DNA from: Phoronis australis
Taxonomy: Eukaryota > Animalia > Phoronida
NCBI GenBank assembly: GCA_002633005.1
Contig: NMRA01000234.1
Coordinates: 431,535 to 495,534 of the forward strand
Length of the DNA: 64,000 nt
Reading direction: 5' to 3'
Shown in pieces: positions 1-12,464 of this stretch. The notes beneath the pieces are model-generated. The model made no database searches, was not told the DNA's origin, and saw nothing but the letters and a program-made list of their open reading frames with translations. The translations under genes and the position numbers were made by a program. How positions within the stretch are numbered: position 1 is the stretch's first letter; the number at the start of each line of letters is the position of its first letter.

Positions 1-269
1 AAAGTATATGTGTTAGTCTCTTCCTACTTACAAACGCACATTATTCTCACGTAACAAGGCCGAAACCACATCTTCTATCCCTGAAACATCCAACATTCTC
101 TGATCAAGCAAATACTGCAACCTATACAAGAAGTCGTCATTGAACTGTTGCGTTTCTCGAAGATATGTTCTAAAAGTTTCTTCCAGCTGGAGGTTATCGC
201 CAAAGAGCACATGTCCTTACCCATGCATGCACATGCGCACAAGCAATGTATTAGTTGTCATTAGGCTGC

Positions 270-520
270 CAGGATTGATGAAACAGAATCGACGAAACCG
301 GATTGAATTCGATGAAACGGCATTGAATTCAGACAACACGGTAGGATACACGAAACAGAATCAATTAAACAGCATTGAATTTAGTAAACAGGATAGAATA
401 TACAAAACAGCATAGAGTTCACGATGTTGAATCAACGAGTGTAGATTGAATTGATGTAATAGCATTGAATATACAAGATAGGATTGAAATGTCCCATCGA
501 GTTCATTAAATGGAATCGAA
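270..520. repeat. Degenerate short-period tandem repeat
   Basis: Recurring GGATTGA(A)T / GAAACAG(A/C)AT / CATTGAAT motifs. Confidence 0.5.
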
Positions 521-750
521 TATGTACTTTAATGTTTTTTTGCAGAAATGGCTGCCCATAAAAAACCATGGTGGTGGTTGACCTCTTACTAAATATTTAT
601 CAGTTCAAGAAAAGATAAAAAAACTTCCCTTGTTTGATTATCCCTAAGTGTTTGGTACACCTCTTACAAAATGACTCGCGCATGACTCGCAAAGTTCAGT
701 AAATGTAACTTTTGAACTTAATTAACCTGAGACTACACTTCTATACCAAA

Positions 751-1167
751 GCTGTTTTTACACGGGGAACAGTTGTCATGGTGCGAGTTGTCACGGTTCA
801 ACTTGCTCCACTTTAGTCACATTAATTCAACATTAGATCACAAACTGGTGCAACATGAGTCAAGATTGTCTGCTTATGCTTGCATAAACTATACCGAATG
901 TCCAAACCAGGTGGAATGTTAGCGAATCACCCGTAAACATGATATTGCTCAAATGTAACAGAGATGATCCCTTCCGTCTTGCCCCAGTTTGTGTTTAATT
1001 TAGCTGTGTATTTGAAACTGGAGTAACTGATGGAGTTCGACTTGCTCTAACCACTAAATCTGGTATCAACTTGCTCTGTGTCAGTTGTATTTACACATGT
1101 TCACACCTGTGCCTGATCGGCTGTTCTTAAGTTGCTCCGTGACAATTGTCTCCCGTGTAGATGTGGC
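751..1167. mobile_element. Old non-autonomous DNA element (MITE, PIF/Harbinger-like termini)
   Basis: Imperfect terminal inverted repeats GCTGTTTTTACACGGGGAACAGTTGTCA ... TGACAATTGTCTCCCGTGTAGATGTGGC. No clear TSD. Confidence 0.45.
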
Positions 1168-1427
1168 TCAAATGATGTTCACGTAAGTCACCCCAATATT
1201 ACTTATTATTGACACAATATTAACCTGTCCTATATTGTCCTTATGGACTGTCCAGAGTTGGCAGGCAGGCAACTCTGGACGGCCAGAAAACTTCAATTCT
1301 TTCTGCTTGATTACTCTATTGTGCTTTAATCCGGCATCCTGAACAATTAAGACGTTTGATTTCTTTTCTTGCCCTGTTTGTGGAGTGAAAAAGTACTAGT
1401 AAGTGATAGTAGTGTGTCCTGTGTATA

Positions 1428-1697
1428 CCGTAAACTCGCAGGTTAATGCCCTGGGCGCTTACATTGGGAAACCCTGAGATACGGGGGTGGGAGATTACCC
1501 AAGCAGTGGGCGCTTAAAATGAACAATTGGCTAAAAGTTGGGGGTGGGCGATTACCCAAGAGGTGGGTGCTTAGGTGAAATTTGCACAAAGTAGGGGATA
1601 GGCGATTACGTAAGCAGTGGGTGCTTAAACTGAAAATTGACGAAAAGTCGGGGATGGGCGATTACCCGGGCCTGGGCGTTAACCCGCGAGTTTACGG
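1428..1697. mobile_element. MITE with TA target duplication (Tc1/mariner-pogo type)
   Basis: TA|CCGTAAACTCGCAGGTTAATGCCCTGG ... CCTGGGCGTTAACCCGCGAGTTTACGG|TA, with about four internal ~60-bp repeats (GGGCGATTACCC...GGGCGCTTA). Confidence 0.8.
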
Positions 1698-1755
1698 TAC
1701 TCCCTGAAGCCCCTATGTTTGCTTCACAATCATAATAGTGTTATGTCCTGTTCAG

Positions 1756-4700
1756 GTGTGGTTACTTCTACACTTCGTTGATAATTGAGTGCAAGTATCA
1801 CCTATCATGGCTGATGAAGAAGTAAGTAAAGTGTGTTTTAAGGATTTTTGATTAGGAGCTCTAGACACGCACTTTTGTGGATAGCCATGATTGCACCAAA
1901 GGGCAGTTTCAATAGAGCCTTATTGTACCTTGGTTGTAATGGGGTATTTCATTTCACACCTAGGATAGCTTAGCGTAGGTCATTCCAGTCACTATGTAGC
2001 TAACCATATTAGTTGCTATGAGCTCGGTTTGTTTGTCAGTGGTAATTTTTATTTATTTCTAATTGGTTTGTGAATGGTATTTGTTGAAAACTTTTTGATT
2101 AATAACTTTTGAAGCTCTTACACATATTTTACGCAATAGATTATGTATTCTTAAAGACTAATTTACACTTAAAAAGAGTGGTTTAATTCCAATGGCATTA
2201 ACTGCAGAATAAGACACACTGACTTGCATTGTTGTTGGATTTACTGTATTCTTGTGTTGAGGTATTTAATTGGGATTTCCATTATTCAATGTTTTCTTGC
2301 TATGTCTGAATGTTGCTATTCCAACGCCTGTGTGAAGTGGCAGTCATGTGACATGAAATGCAGCTTAGATTTATACAATTTGATATTTTTACAGGTTTGA
2401 GGCACTGGGTGGGAATTACGAAAGGCGTAAAATTTTGTCCTTTCTTGAGGTAAATGTCTTTCATTAATAATATGCCATTTGTATTTGTGTCATGTTGTTG
2501 CAGCTATGTAGTTCACAGGGGGCAAGCAAAACACATGATAAGAATTGAAGTGCACTTGGTTCTAGAGTGAACACTTGTTGTTTTACACAGAGTATTTATA
2601 AAATCTCATTGATTGCAGACTGAAAATCGTGGTCAAAATTGATGTTTTTTGTTTTCAAAGTATTCTAATATAAATGCCTACAAATTTTCAAAATTCGAAT
2701 GTTCACTTGATGGTTTTTATTTTTGACAACATCCCAAAAGTCTTTAAAACATCTTATAGAACAAAGAAATGAAATTTGGAAAATAACGGTGATCTCCACG
2801 AAAAAAATTAGAAAAAACGCACCCACATTATAACGAACATCTAGGCATTTTTGTACATTTAAGATTCTACGATCATCAAGGATTTTGAAAATGTTTAGAT
2901 TCATGGGTGAAGTTATTTAAGAAGTTTCATCCTTGGTAACGAGGGTAACCTTTTACTTTTAAAAGATAGTAATAAAGGTGTTAATGCTTGAAATCAATGT
3001 TATTCCTAATATCTGCCCCCCACAGGTATCCCCCCGCACTTTTTGAGTACAGATAAACATCTATAGAGTGGTACAATAGTGATCACCAGGCTAGGCTACT
3101 TTCAGTGGGCACTAGTCCTCTTATCTGATCAAATCACCCACGTGTATTCGAACATTTGGGCTTCCCAGGTTGTGGACTTTCTGCTATATGACTTTTGACG
3201 GATTGTTCTAAAATCCCTCGACTCCCACATCCCACGACCCCCTCAACCCACGACTCTTTCGACCCAGTCTACACAAGCTCTACTCGATCTGAACATAGAA
3301 CGAGCGCTGACTTGCAGGACCAACGAGTGGGCCCTTGAGCTCGGATGGCTTTTCCCTGTATTTTTTTGCGATTAAGAGTGCCAATTCGGTAAGTCTGAAA
3401 GCCAAAAACAGGAAAAAATCAAAGACCTACCAAGTTTTCAAATGTCGTTCCCGGCAAAGTGTGATCGCTTCGTCTGCTTCTTCAGGGAATGGCAGATTCA
3501 AGCTTTTTTGGGAGAGTGCAAGGAGTCGATGAATATGTATTTTCTTCTGTAAACACAGTTTGAAAAAACAAAATGTTAACTAAAAAGGTATCTCATTGTT
3601 ACATGGAGTATATTGTAAACGAGTATACAACAGAAAGCAAATAATGAAAATGTGAAATTATGTCCATTCACGTTAACTTAANTACTCGATCTGAACATAG
3701 AACAAGCGCTGACTTGCAGGACCAACGAGTCGGCCCTTGAGCTCGGCTGGCTTTTCCCTGTATTTTTTTGCAATTAAGAGTGCCAATTCGGTAAGTCTGA
3801 AAGTCAAAAACAGGAAAAAAAAAACAATGCGACCAAATCAAATCAAAGACCTACCAAGTTTTCAAATGTCGTTCCCGGCAAAGTGTGATCGCTTGGTCTG
3901 CTTCTTCAGGGAATGGCAGATTCAAGCTTTTTTGGGAGAGTGCAAGGAGTCGATGAATATGTATTTTCTTCTGTAAACACAGTTTGAAAAAACAAAATGT
4001 TAACTAAAAAGGTATCTCATTGTTACATGGAGTATATTGTAAACGAGTATACAACAGAAAGCAAATAATGAAAATGTGAAATTATGTCCATTCACGTTAA
4101 CTTAACATACTGTCTCTCTCCCTAAGTTTAGTAGAACAGGGCCAGTTTTAGCCGGTTGTGGAACTATTTCCATGACAACGACGGCACGTTAACATTTCAC
4201 TATAATTTTAGATCATGTTCTTATGCCATTTTCTGTTTTTAACCACCAGACTTGAGCCAGAGCAGAATCTCATGTAGGTAAGTCTTATGGGAAAGTCATT
4301 CAGTGACGTAATGTGGTTATGAAATGTATAAAAAGTGCAAAGATACATCTGTTGCCAAAGTTGTGGGTCGACGGGGTTGTGGATCGAGGAGGTCGTGGGG
4401 TGTGGGGCCAAGGGGTTACTATTAGAACAATCCGACTTTCACTGATCATTTCCAGTGCATCAAAGTGTCCAAGAGCGGTGACTGGTCTCCGAGTCAAACT
4501 TGGGTATTTTGTGAAGTCCTGAAAGTCAGTGCTGTAGATTTACCTGTACTACAGGTATTAAAGTCGGTATAGCTATGTGTGCCACTCTACAGATTTGTCT
4601 CTCATTACAGTTGGCTGATGATTACGATGTGGTGGTTAACTGTGCTGGTTTAAGTAACCAATGGCTAATGGATGACAACACGTTGTACCCCGTCCGAGGC

Positions 4701-7700
4701 CAGGTGTTCAAGGTAGTATCATTAAGGTGTCTTTAGTGTGTTAAAGTACTGTTCACTGTAATCACATCTTTTGAAAAGCTATGTAGTGTTTTGTGACTCT
4801 TGCCTATACTCACCATCAGTACTCACCAATATTTGTGTTTGCACTGTTGTTGAGATGAGTGGTCATGACCAGAGAATATCCGAGCCACACTCAAGCCTGA
4901 GCCAAAACAACTGGTGCTGGTTATAACATTTCTAAGATTTAGGTAATTTGTTTTTCATGTGTGAAACCCAGTTTGTGAGCATTGTTAATGACCAGGAACT
5001 CTTCAAATAGTCTATACCATTAAGTGTGCTGGATGGACACTTCAAATGGTGTCTATACCTGTAGTTAGTAGTAATGCTAGATGAACACTTCAAATAGTCT
5101 ATACCAGAGTAACAGTGCTGGGTGGACACTTTAAATAATCTATACCAGTAACAGTGCTGGGTAGACACTTCAAATAATCTATATCAGTAACAGTGCTGGG
5201 TGGACACTTCAAATAGTTTATACCAGTAACAGTGCTGGGTATACACTTCAAATAATCTGTACCAGTAACAGTGCTAAGTGGATATGGGGTGGACGCTTCA
5301 AATAGTCTATACCTGTAACAGTGCTGGAAGGACACCCTGACTTCAAAAAGTGAACACTTCAAACAGTCTTTAAATAGTCCGTTTTTTACCTTCCATTTTT
5401 GAATGTTTTCATTCCACCCCACCACCTCCGTCTTTTCGTGCAGTTGTCATTTAATGTATTTCATTATTTTATATTTTCATATGACCTGTATACAGATGTA
5501 GATTGTTTTTCGAGTGCTATAACCAAAGCTATGGATGACTTTGTTGTTTCAGTTATAGCAGTTTGTTTCTTTTCAGGTAAAAATGCCCTGGCAGACGCAC
5601 TTCGTTTATGCAGACCATGTTGACACCTATATTTTAGTAGGGTAAAAAAAATTTTTGCTCTTAGCTGCTATTCCTTTGTGTCTCGGTATTTCTTAATGGT
5701 CTCGTTTAAATTTTGAACTCAAAACCTTGTCTGGGAAAACATGTGTAATGCGGTTTTTGAGAGTTGTGAACTGAGCTGTGTTTATTAAATTTGTATGGAA
5801 GAGATTGCGAACTACCATGGACGGAGAAAGTGGAAGGACATTTTTGCACATGAACCAAGTTTATTGGAAGAAAAAGAGAATGGCTTGTCACATATTTCCA
5901 CACTATGAAGTGCCACCTAATGTTTTCTGCAGACCTTATTGAAATGCCAATCTGCCAGCACTTCTCTATCTATAGTCTATACTCTAATGGTATTTGTAGC
6001 ATATGTAATCCTCAGAAAATCTAGGAAACTAATCTGGGTGTTATTGTTCCGCATAGTTTTTATTATATGTGACAAAAGGCATCGAAAAGGGGGTGTTAAC
6101 ATGATAGACCTGATACATTTTAATGTAGCTCTTAAACTTTCGTGGATAAGGAGACTTTTTACTTGTATATATTGCACACTTAAAATTAAACTGAAAAGGG
6201 CCTGCACTGGGAGACTGACGTGTGTATGTGTGGGTCTGCACTGGGTGACTGATGNTAATCTATACCAGTAACAGTGCTGGGTAGACACTTCAAATAATCT
6301 ATACCAGTAACAGTGCTGGGTAGACACTTCAAATAATCTATACCAGTAACAGTGCTGGGTAGACACTTCAAATAATCTGTACCAGTAACAGTGCTAAGTG
6401 GATATGGGGTGGACGCTTCAAATAGTCTATACCTGTAACAGTGCTGGGTGGACACTTCAAAAAGTCTATAACATGAACCGTGCTAGGTGAACACTTCAAA
6501 CAGTCTTTAAATAGTACATTTTTTACCCCACCACCTTCGTCTTTTCGTGCAGTTGTCATTTAATGTATTTCATTATTTTATATTTCATACGACCTGTATG
6601 CAGATGTAGATTGTTTTTCGAGTGCTATAGCCACAGCTATGGATGACTTTGTTGTTTCAGTTATAGCAGTTTGTTTCTTTTCCAGGTAAAAATGCCCTGG
6701 CAGACGCACTTCGTTTATGCAGACCATGTTGACACCTATATTTTAGTAGGGTAAAAAAATTTTTGCTCTTAGCTGCTATTCGTTTGTGTCTCGGTATTTC
6801 TTAATGGTCTCGTTTAAATTTTGAACTCAAAACCTTGTCTGGGAAAACATGCGTAATGCGGTTTTTGAGAGTTGTGAACTAAGCTGTGTTTATTAAATAT
6901 GTATGGAAGAGATTGCAAACTACCATGGACAGAGAAAGAGGAAGGACATTTTTGCACATGAACCAAGTTTATTGGAGGAAAAAGAGAATGGCTTGTCACA
7001 TATTTCAACACTATGAAGTGCCACCCAATGTTTTCTGCAGACCTTATTGAAATGCCAATCTGCCAGCACTACTCTAATGTTATGCCAATCTGCCAGCACT
7101 ACTCTATCTATAGTCTATACTCTAATGGTATTTGTAGCATATGTAATCCTGTTTTGAAAATCTAGGAAACTAACCTGGGTGTTATTGTTCCGCATATATT
7201 TTATTATATGTAACAAAAAGCATCGAAAACGGGGTGTTAACATGATAGACCTGATACATTTTAATGTAGCTCTTAAACTTTCTTGGATAAGGAGACTGTT
7301 TACTTGTACATATTGCACACTTAAAATTAATCTGAAAAGGGCCTGCACTGGGTGACTGATGTGTGTATGTGTGGGCCTGCACTGGGTGACTGACGTGTGT
7401 ATGTGTGGGCCTGCACTGGGTGACTGATGTGTGTATGTGTATCATAAAAAGTTAACTTCAACACTATGATCACTAACATTTTTGTAATGTTATATTTGAA
7501 TGTCATTGCCTCAACATTATTGAGAACTATTTGTAATGTTATGTTTGAAGAATAAATGGTAAAAAATGTTTGAAAATAATGAGAAATTATATGTGCTTCT
7601 TGTAATGTTTTAGCAAAGACAATGTAATAGTTGGTGGTCACAGAGTGTCTGAGAAAGGCAATGAGAGTCTTGACCATAACCCAGAGCATTCACGACTTAT

Positions 7701-10700
7701 CTGGAAGCACGCTGTAGAGGTCCTGCCCAGTTTAAAGGTATTCTAAAATGCAATGAATTTGTTATGCATATTTTCTCGTTTTAGCCGATTGCCCATAGAG
7801 AGTAGACAGTTTCTTCACTAAAACGGGGTACTTACAAAAACTAATCCACTCAGGCTGGAAGTAACCTTGAGGCTATACTGTTTTTGACTTAGTAACAATT
7901 AAGAGTTTACAATTCTGGGCTATGATGTGTTCTAACTGCCCATTCTTTTACTAAACTGTTACAAATTGGCCACAATGTTTTGTTAACTGTAATAAATTGT
8001 GGCTGGTCAAAGGGCAGGTTCACAGCATGCCTGAGATTCTCAACTGTGCAATTTTTATTAGAAGTTTTGTGGTAACTTTGACCTATTGATTGAAAGCAAT
8101 GTATTAATGTAGGTTTACACATTCATAACAAAATCAACATCTTAATTGAACAACTTCGCTGACTGGAACACCAATTTTTCTGGAAGTTAAAAAAAAAATT
8201 GTATGTGGTCTGCTACACATTGTACCAGACGTGCGCAGGCCTCGNTTTTGTAATGTTATATTTGAATGTCATTGCCTCAACATTATTGGGAACTATTTGT
8301 AATGTTATGTTTGAAGAATAAATGGTAAAAAATGTTTAAAAATAATGAGAAATTATATGTGCTTCTTGTAATGTTTTAGCAAAGACAATGTAATAGTTGG
8401 TGGTCACAGAGTGTCTGAGAAAGGCAATGAGAGTCTTGACCATAACCCAGAGCATTCACGACTTATCTGGAAGCACGCTGTTGAGGTCCTGCCCAGTTTA
8501 AAGGTATTCTAAAATGCAATGAATTTGTTATGCATATTTTCTCGTTTTAGCCGATTGCCCATAGAGAGTAGACACTTTCTTCACTAAAACAGGGTACTTA
8601 CAAAAACTAATCCACTCAGGCTGGAAGTAACCTTGAGGCTGTACTGTTTTTGACTTAGTAACAATTAAGAGTTTACAATTCTGGGCTGTGATGTGTTCTA
8701 ACTGCCCATTCTTTTACTAAACTGTTACAAATTGCCCACAATGTTTTGTTAACTGTAATAAATTGTGGCTGGTCAAAGGGCAGGTTCACAGCATGCCTGA
8801 GATTCTCAACTGTGCAATTTTTATTAGAAGTTTTGTGGTAACTTTGACCTATTGATTGAAAGCAATGTATTAATGTAGGTTTACACATTCATAACAAAAT
8901 CAACATCTTAATTGAACAACTTCGCTGACTGGAACACCAATTTTTCTGGAAGTTAAAAAAAAAATTGTATGTGGTCTGCTACACATTGTACCAGACGTGC
9001 GCAGGCCTCGCATGTGGGCCCATTCCACTGATCACCTAGAACTATTTTTGTACTACTGGGTAAATTATTAATATATGGTTAAAACCGAGCTGAGGAGCTA
9101 GAAACCTGGCTCAAGGGCTTAGCAGTGTGACCTGCTGGGACTCAACCCACGACCTCGAGTAAGGAAAGTGGGCACTTATCAACCAGGCCAAACTGCCTCC
9201 TGTGGAAGTTAATTCACTAATAGATGTAAAAGTCAAGTTTCATTGCAATATAAGTGCACTGTGTGAATGTCATGATCCTGAAAGTCTGACCAGATTACAC
9301 TTTCGACATGCATTGTTTTGCTTGCTATTTTGCTATCAGTCTAAACAGTTTTACTGTTTAATTTACTTTAATTCCCTTGCCTTTCAAATAAATACTAATT
9401 ATAGACATCACTAACTCTCAATATTAGCTGTGCCAGAAAGAATGCAGACCTTATTTCACTATGAGAGTGGCAAAAAGTTGAGGCTCGTGTTGAATTTGCC
9501 TTTAAAATTGTAGCATTCACGAACACATTTAGCTGTCGAGCCATTATTGCCATTGGTTCTCTGTTTCCTGGGGGCCCTAACATTTAGTGTGAGTACAATT
9601 CTACAGGAAGCGGAAGTGGAGGCAGAGTGGGTGGGACTACGTCCTCAGCGAGACAGTGAAGTGCGTGTAGAGTGCGACACATTGACAGGCCGGGGCAAGC
9701 AAGTGCAGGTAGATTGAGTCCAAGCTTGAAATTTTTAGACAGTGTATATGGCTAAAGCCAGATGATGTGCTGAATACATGTGCTAAAAGAAAGTCTCTTC
9801 TCTGCAGTCATTTGTGCACGCAGTCATTGTTACACTTCCGTCACCTAATATGAATTAACTTGTACTAATGAAGTGCTGTCATATTTGATCTATGTGCAGT
9901 TACAATCCTATGCTACTAGGCTTGATGTCTTGGGTTGAACTCTCCTCTTTTGCGGTGAAAATGCACTGCATGACTGACCTACTTTTCACGATGTCGGGCT
10001 TTCTGGAAGAACATCAGACTGCACATCTAGCAGTGAGGCATTTGTCCTATTTGCAAATGTCTTGGTGTCAGTTGCAGTTACACAGTTTTAGCTGCATTAC
10101 AATGATGAATTGCACAATAATTAGGATGAGAGAGTAATTAGTGCAGCTGCTTGTGAAAAAGCAGAGCAAGTGGTTGGCACATGTGTTGCATTGTAGGTAA
10201 ATATCTTAGAATGAGGGTGGTGCTGTGGTATTTCAGGACAGGCTTATTGTGGTACTTGATTGTGCTCAAATTGAACACATTTTTGTAGCTGAAAAGCATT
10301 TTAGCTTTAAAGGTTTATGCAATTTTAAATTTACCTGTATCACTGCAACAAGCCGAAAGTTTTTTCTTGAACATTTCTGTGTGACATCCTTGCTATTTTA
10401 AAAGCCTCCAATTTATCTTCATATAGGCATCAACAGGCGTTTAAAATGTTGCTGTATATGAAAAAAGTCAGAAATACAGACATTTCATTATCGACTTGGA
10501 ACGGATTTAAACTTGTGATTAGTTTCTGAAGTCCCTCAAACATTGCGCAGTGCATGATCAAAAGAGTGAGTTGGTCTTTTTCTTTCCCAGATGGTGCATA
10601 ATTATGGTCATGGAGGCTTTGGTGTCAGTTTGGCATGGGGCACAGCTCAGGAGGCCACTGAATTGGTCAAACAACTTGTGGGCTCCACGGCCAAGCTATA

Positions 10701-10701
10701 G
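1756..10701 (+). CDS. D-amino-acid oxidase / D-aspartate oxidase family flavoenzyme, 3' part (5' exons not found, probably outside the window)
   Basis: GT-AG exons with compatible phases: 1756-1821, 2395-2449, 4611-4712, 5577-5641 (copy 6686-6750), 7614-7737 (copy 8380-8503), 9607-9708, 10591-10701. Joined translation: CGYFYTSLIIECKYHLSWLMKKFEALGG...YDVVVNCAGL...LYPVRGQVFKVKMPWQTHF...TYILVGKDNVIVGGHR...EWVGLRPQR...VHNYGHGGFGVSLAWGTA...STAKL*. It shows the DAO/DDO motifs VVNCxGL, PxRGQ, WVGLRP and HNYGHGG, plus C-terminal PTS1 AKL. DAO versus DDO is not resolved. Confidence 0.93.
3199..4434. mobile_element. Non-autonomous TIR element in an oxidase intron; a related left-end copy lies at about 10938-11720
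   Basis: CGGATTGTTCTAA...CCCACGACC...TCGACCCA at 3199 is mirrored by TGGGTCGA...GGTCGTGGG...TTAGAACAATCCG ending at 4434. The same internal sequence recurs after 10938/11255. It contains the assembly duplication at N3682. Confidence 0.7.
4995..5370. repeat. 39-bp minisatellite (second haplotype copy at about 6256-6505)
   Basis: Unit AATCTATACCAGTAACAGTGCTGGGTAGACACTTCAAAT. It produces the repetitive GIDYLKCLPSTVT ORFs. Confidence 0.9.
6020..6165 (+). mobile_element. L1/Tx1-type LINE ORF2 fragment (duplicate at about 7160-7300)
   Basis: Translation KGGVNMIDLIHFNVALKLSWIRRL matches the post-RT GGLx..D...F..AL...WI.RL motif of L1/Tx1 elements. Confidence 0.65.
7339..7440. repeat. 34-bp tandem repeat, three copies
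   Basis: Unit GGGCCTGCACTGGGTGACTGATGTGTGTATGTGT. Confidence 0.85.
9082..9200 (-). mobile_element. tRNA-derived SINE head fragment
   Basis: The - strand reads GGCAGTTTGGCCTGGTTGATAAG...GAGGTCGTGGGTTGAGTCCCAGC (A-box-like and B-box-like), followed by a CCCTTGAGC core-like segment. Confidence 0.5.
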
Positions 10702-10891
10702 AATGTCGCAAACAGCTGTTGTGGTAATCATCGTATCTGACAGATGTGTATCAAACTTTTATGTTTTATTGTATTGTGTACTGTGCTAATATCCCATTCA
10801 TATAAGTTTGTGATATCTACACACTGAGTACAAACCATGCTAGTAATAGACTAAGTTTTCTTGATTTTTGTTTTGTGTAGAAATTTGACAA

Positions 10892-10897
10892 AATAAA
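10892..10897 (+). promoter_or_regulatory. Candidate polyadenylation signal of the oxidase gene
   Basis: AATAAA about 190 nt after the TAG stop at 10701. It is repeated in the haplotype duplicate near 11209. Confidence 0.45.
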
Positions 10898-12224
10898 ATT
10901 TTACTTGTTAAATGAAAGGAGATTTTCCCTATTATATGGGATTGTCCTAAAACCCCCTTGGCCCCCACACCTCTCGACCTCCTTGACCCATGACCCCATC
11001 GCACAGCTCACAACCCCCTTGACCCAGTCTACACAAGCTCGACTTGATCTAAACATAGAAAAAGCACTGACATACAGGACCAACCAGTTGAGCTGTGAGA
11101 TCAGCTGGCTTTTCTCTGTTNATGCAAGTTTGTGATATCACTGAGTACAAACCATGCTAGTAATAGACTAAGTTTTCTTGATTTTTGTTTTGTGTAGAAA
11201 TTTGACAAAATAAAATTTTACTTGTTAAATGAAAGGAGATTTTCCCTATTATATGGGATTGTCCTAAAACCCCCTTGGCCCCCACACCTCTCGACCTCCT
11301 TGACCCATGACCCCATCGCACAGCTCACAACCCCCTTGACCCAGTCTACACAAGCTCGACTTGATCTAAACATAGAAAAAGCACTGACATACAGGACCAA
11401 CCAGTTGAGCTGTGAGATCAGCTGGCTTTTCTCTGTTTTTTTTTTGCAATTAAGAAAGTTGATTCTCTAAGTTTGAAAGCCAAAAGCAGAAAAAAATAAC
11501 CCAACCAAATCAGATCAAAGACCTACCAACCTTACAATGTTCCCGCAAAGTGTAATCGTCTGGTCTGCTCTCATCTTCAGGCAGATTCAAGATTTTGGGG
11601 GGAGTGGAGGAACCAACGAATATGTAATTTCTTCAGTAAATACTTAGGTAAATTCTGTTTGAAAAAGCAAACGGTTAACTAAAAACGTATCTCAATGTTA
11701 CATTGAGTATATTGTAAACAAGTGTCACAGCATACCCAGTCGTTAGTCGGACCTTTTACGATACAGCAGCCCCATCAGGAACCCCATTTAGCGCCAAAAA
11801 AACTTGAGCGTGCACCAATCGAAGTTTATGACATCATGGTCAAAAGAATTTGGCTTTCACCCCCGAGACCGTGTCTCCACCGTTGGAATCAGGGACGACT
11901 GGCCGTTTTATTCAGAGCAAAATACCTAGAAAATCAAGGAAACACATCAACTGTTCATGTCAATTAATATTCAACTTGATAAAAATCATTACCTTTAGAA
12001 CTTTTTATTCACACATTCCAATAACGGACCCAATGGGAATACCCGACTGGGGTGGCCTGAACAGTCGAAAAATACAAAACGCTTCGTCCGAGATGTTATC
12101 AGGCAATTTCACAATGTTTATTATAAAGTTTAGTTTGATACTAAAATTTTGATGTTAGGAACTGTGTATTCATGTCTTCTTGAAGCCGAACTTAGGTGTG
12201 AAATTCGTGGGAGATTCGGTACAA

Positions 12225-12352
12225 ATATGGTCGCATCGGGAGGACGGGGGCGAGAATGGGGGGAGGTAGCACAGGTGGTGGCGATGGGGGAGTTATTTGG
12301 TGACGTCGAAATGGTTTGTGCCCCCCAATAATTTTTGCCTTCCTACGGGCCT
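12225..12352 (-). repeat. GC-rich dispersed repeat; inverted copy at about 14860-15003
   Basis: GTAGGAAGGCAAAAATT..GGGG and TCGCCACCACCT...CTCGCCCCCGTCCTCCCGATGC are shared by the two loci in opposite orientation. Confidence 0.7.
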
Positions 12353-12464
12353 GAACTTTGCCGAAAAAACAGGGAATTCAAGATCCGCTCAAGTTGTGAG
12401 AGTGGAGACAGACGAGGAGGCTGACTTGGGGAAACAAACAAATCGTGATGCAGAGTAGGACAGC

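Noticed and set aside
546-650. Additional upstream oxidase exon after TTTTTGCAG
   Set aside because: All three frames hit stops before a usable donor.
5577-8503. Mutually exclusive exon pairs in the oxidase gene
   Set aside because: The copies encode identical peptides, flanking introns are equally duplicated, and each block ends at a single N. Haplotype duplication is more likely.
9085-9112. Hammerhead-like CTGAGGA-GCTA-GAAAC
   Set aside because: No room for stem II and no valid cleavage triplet. It lies in a SINE-like fragment and is probably coincidental.
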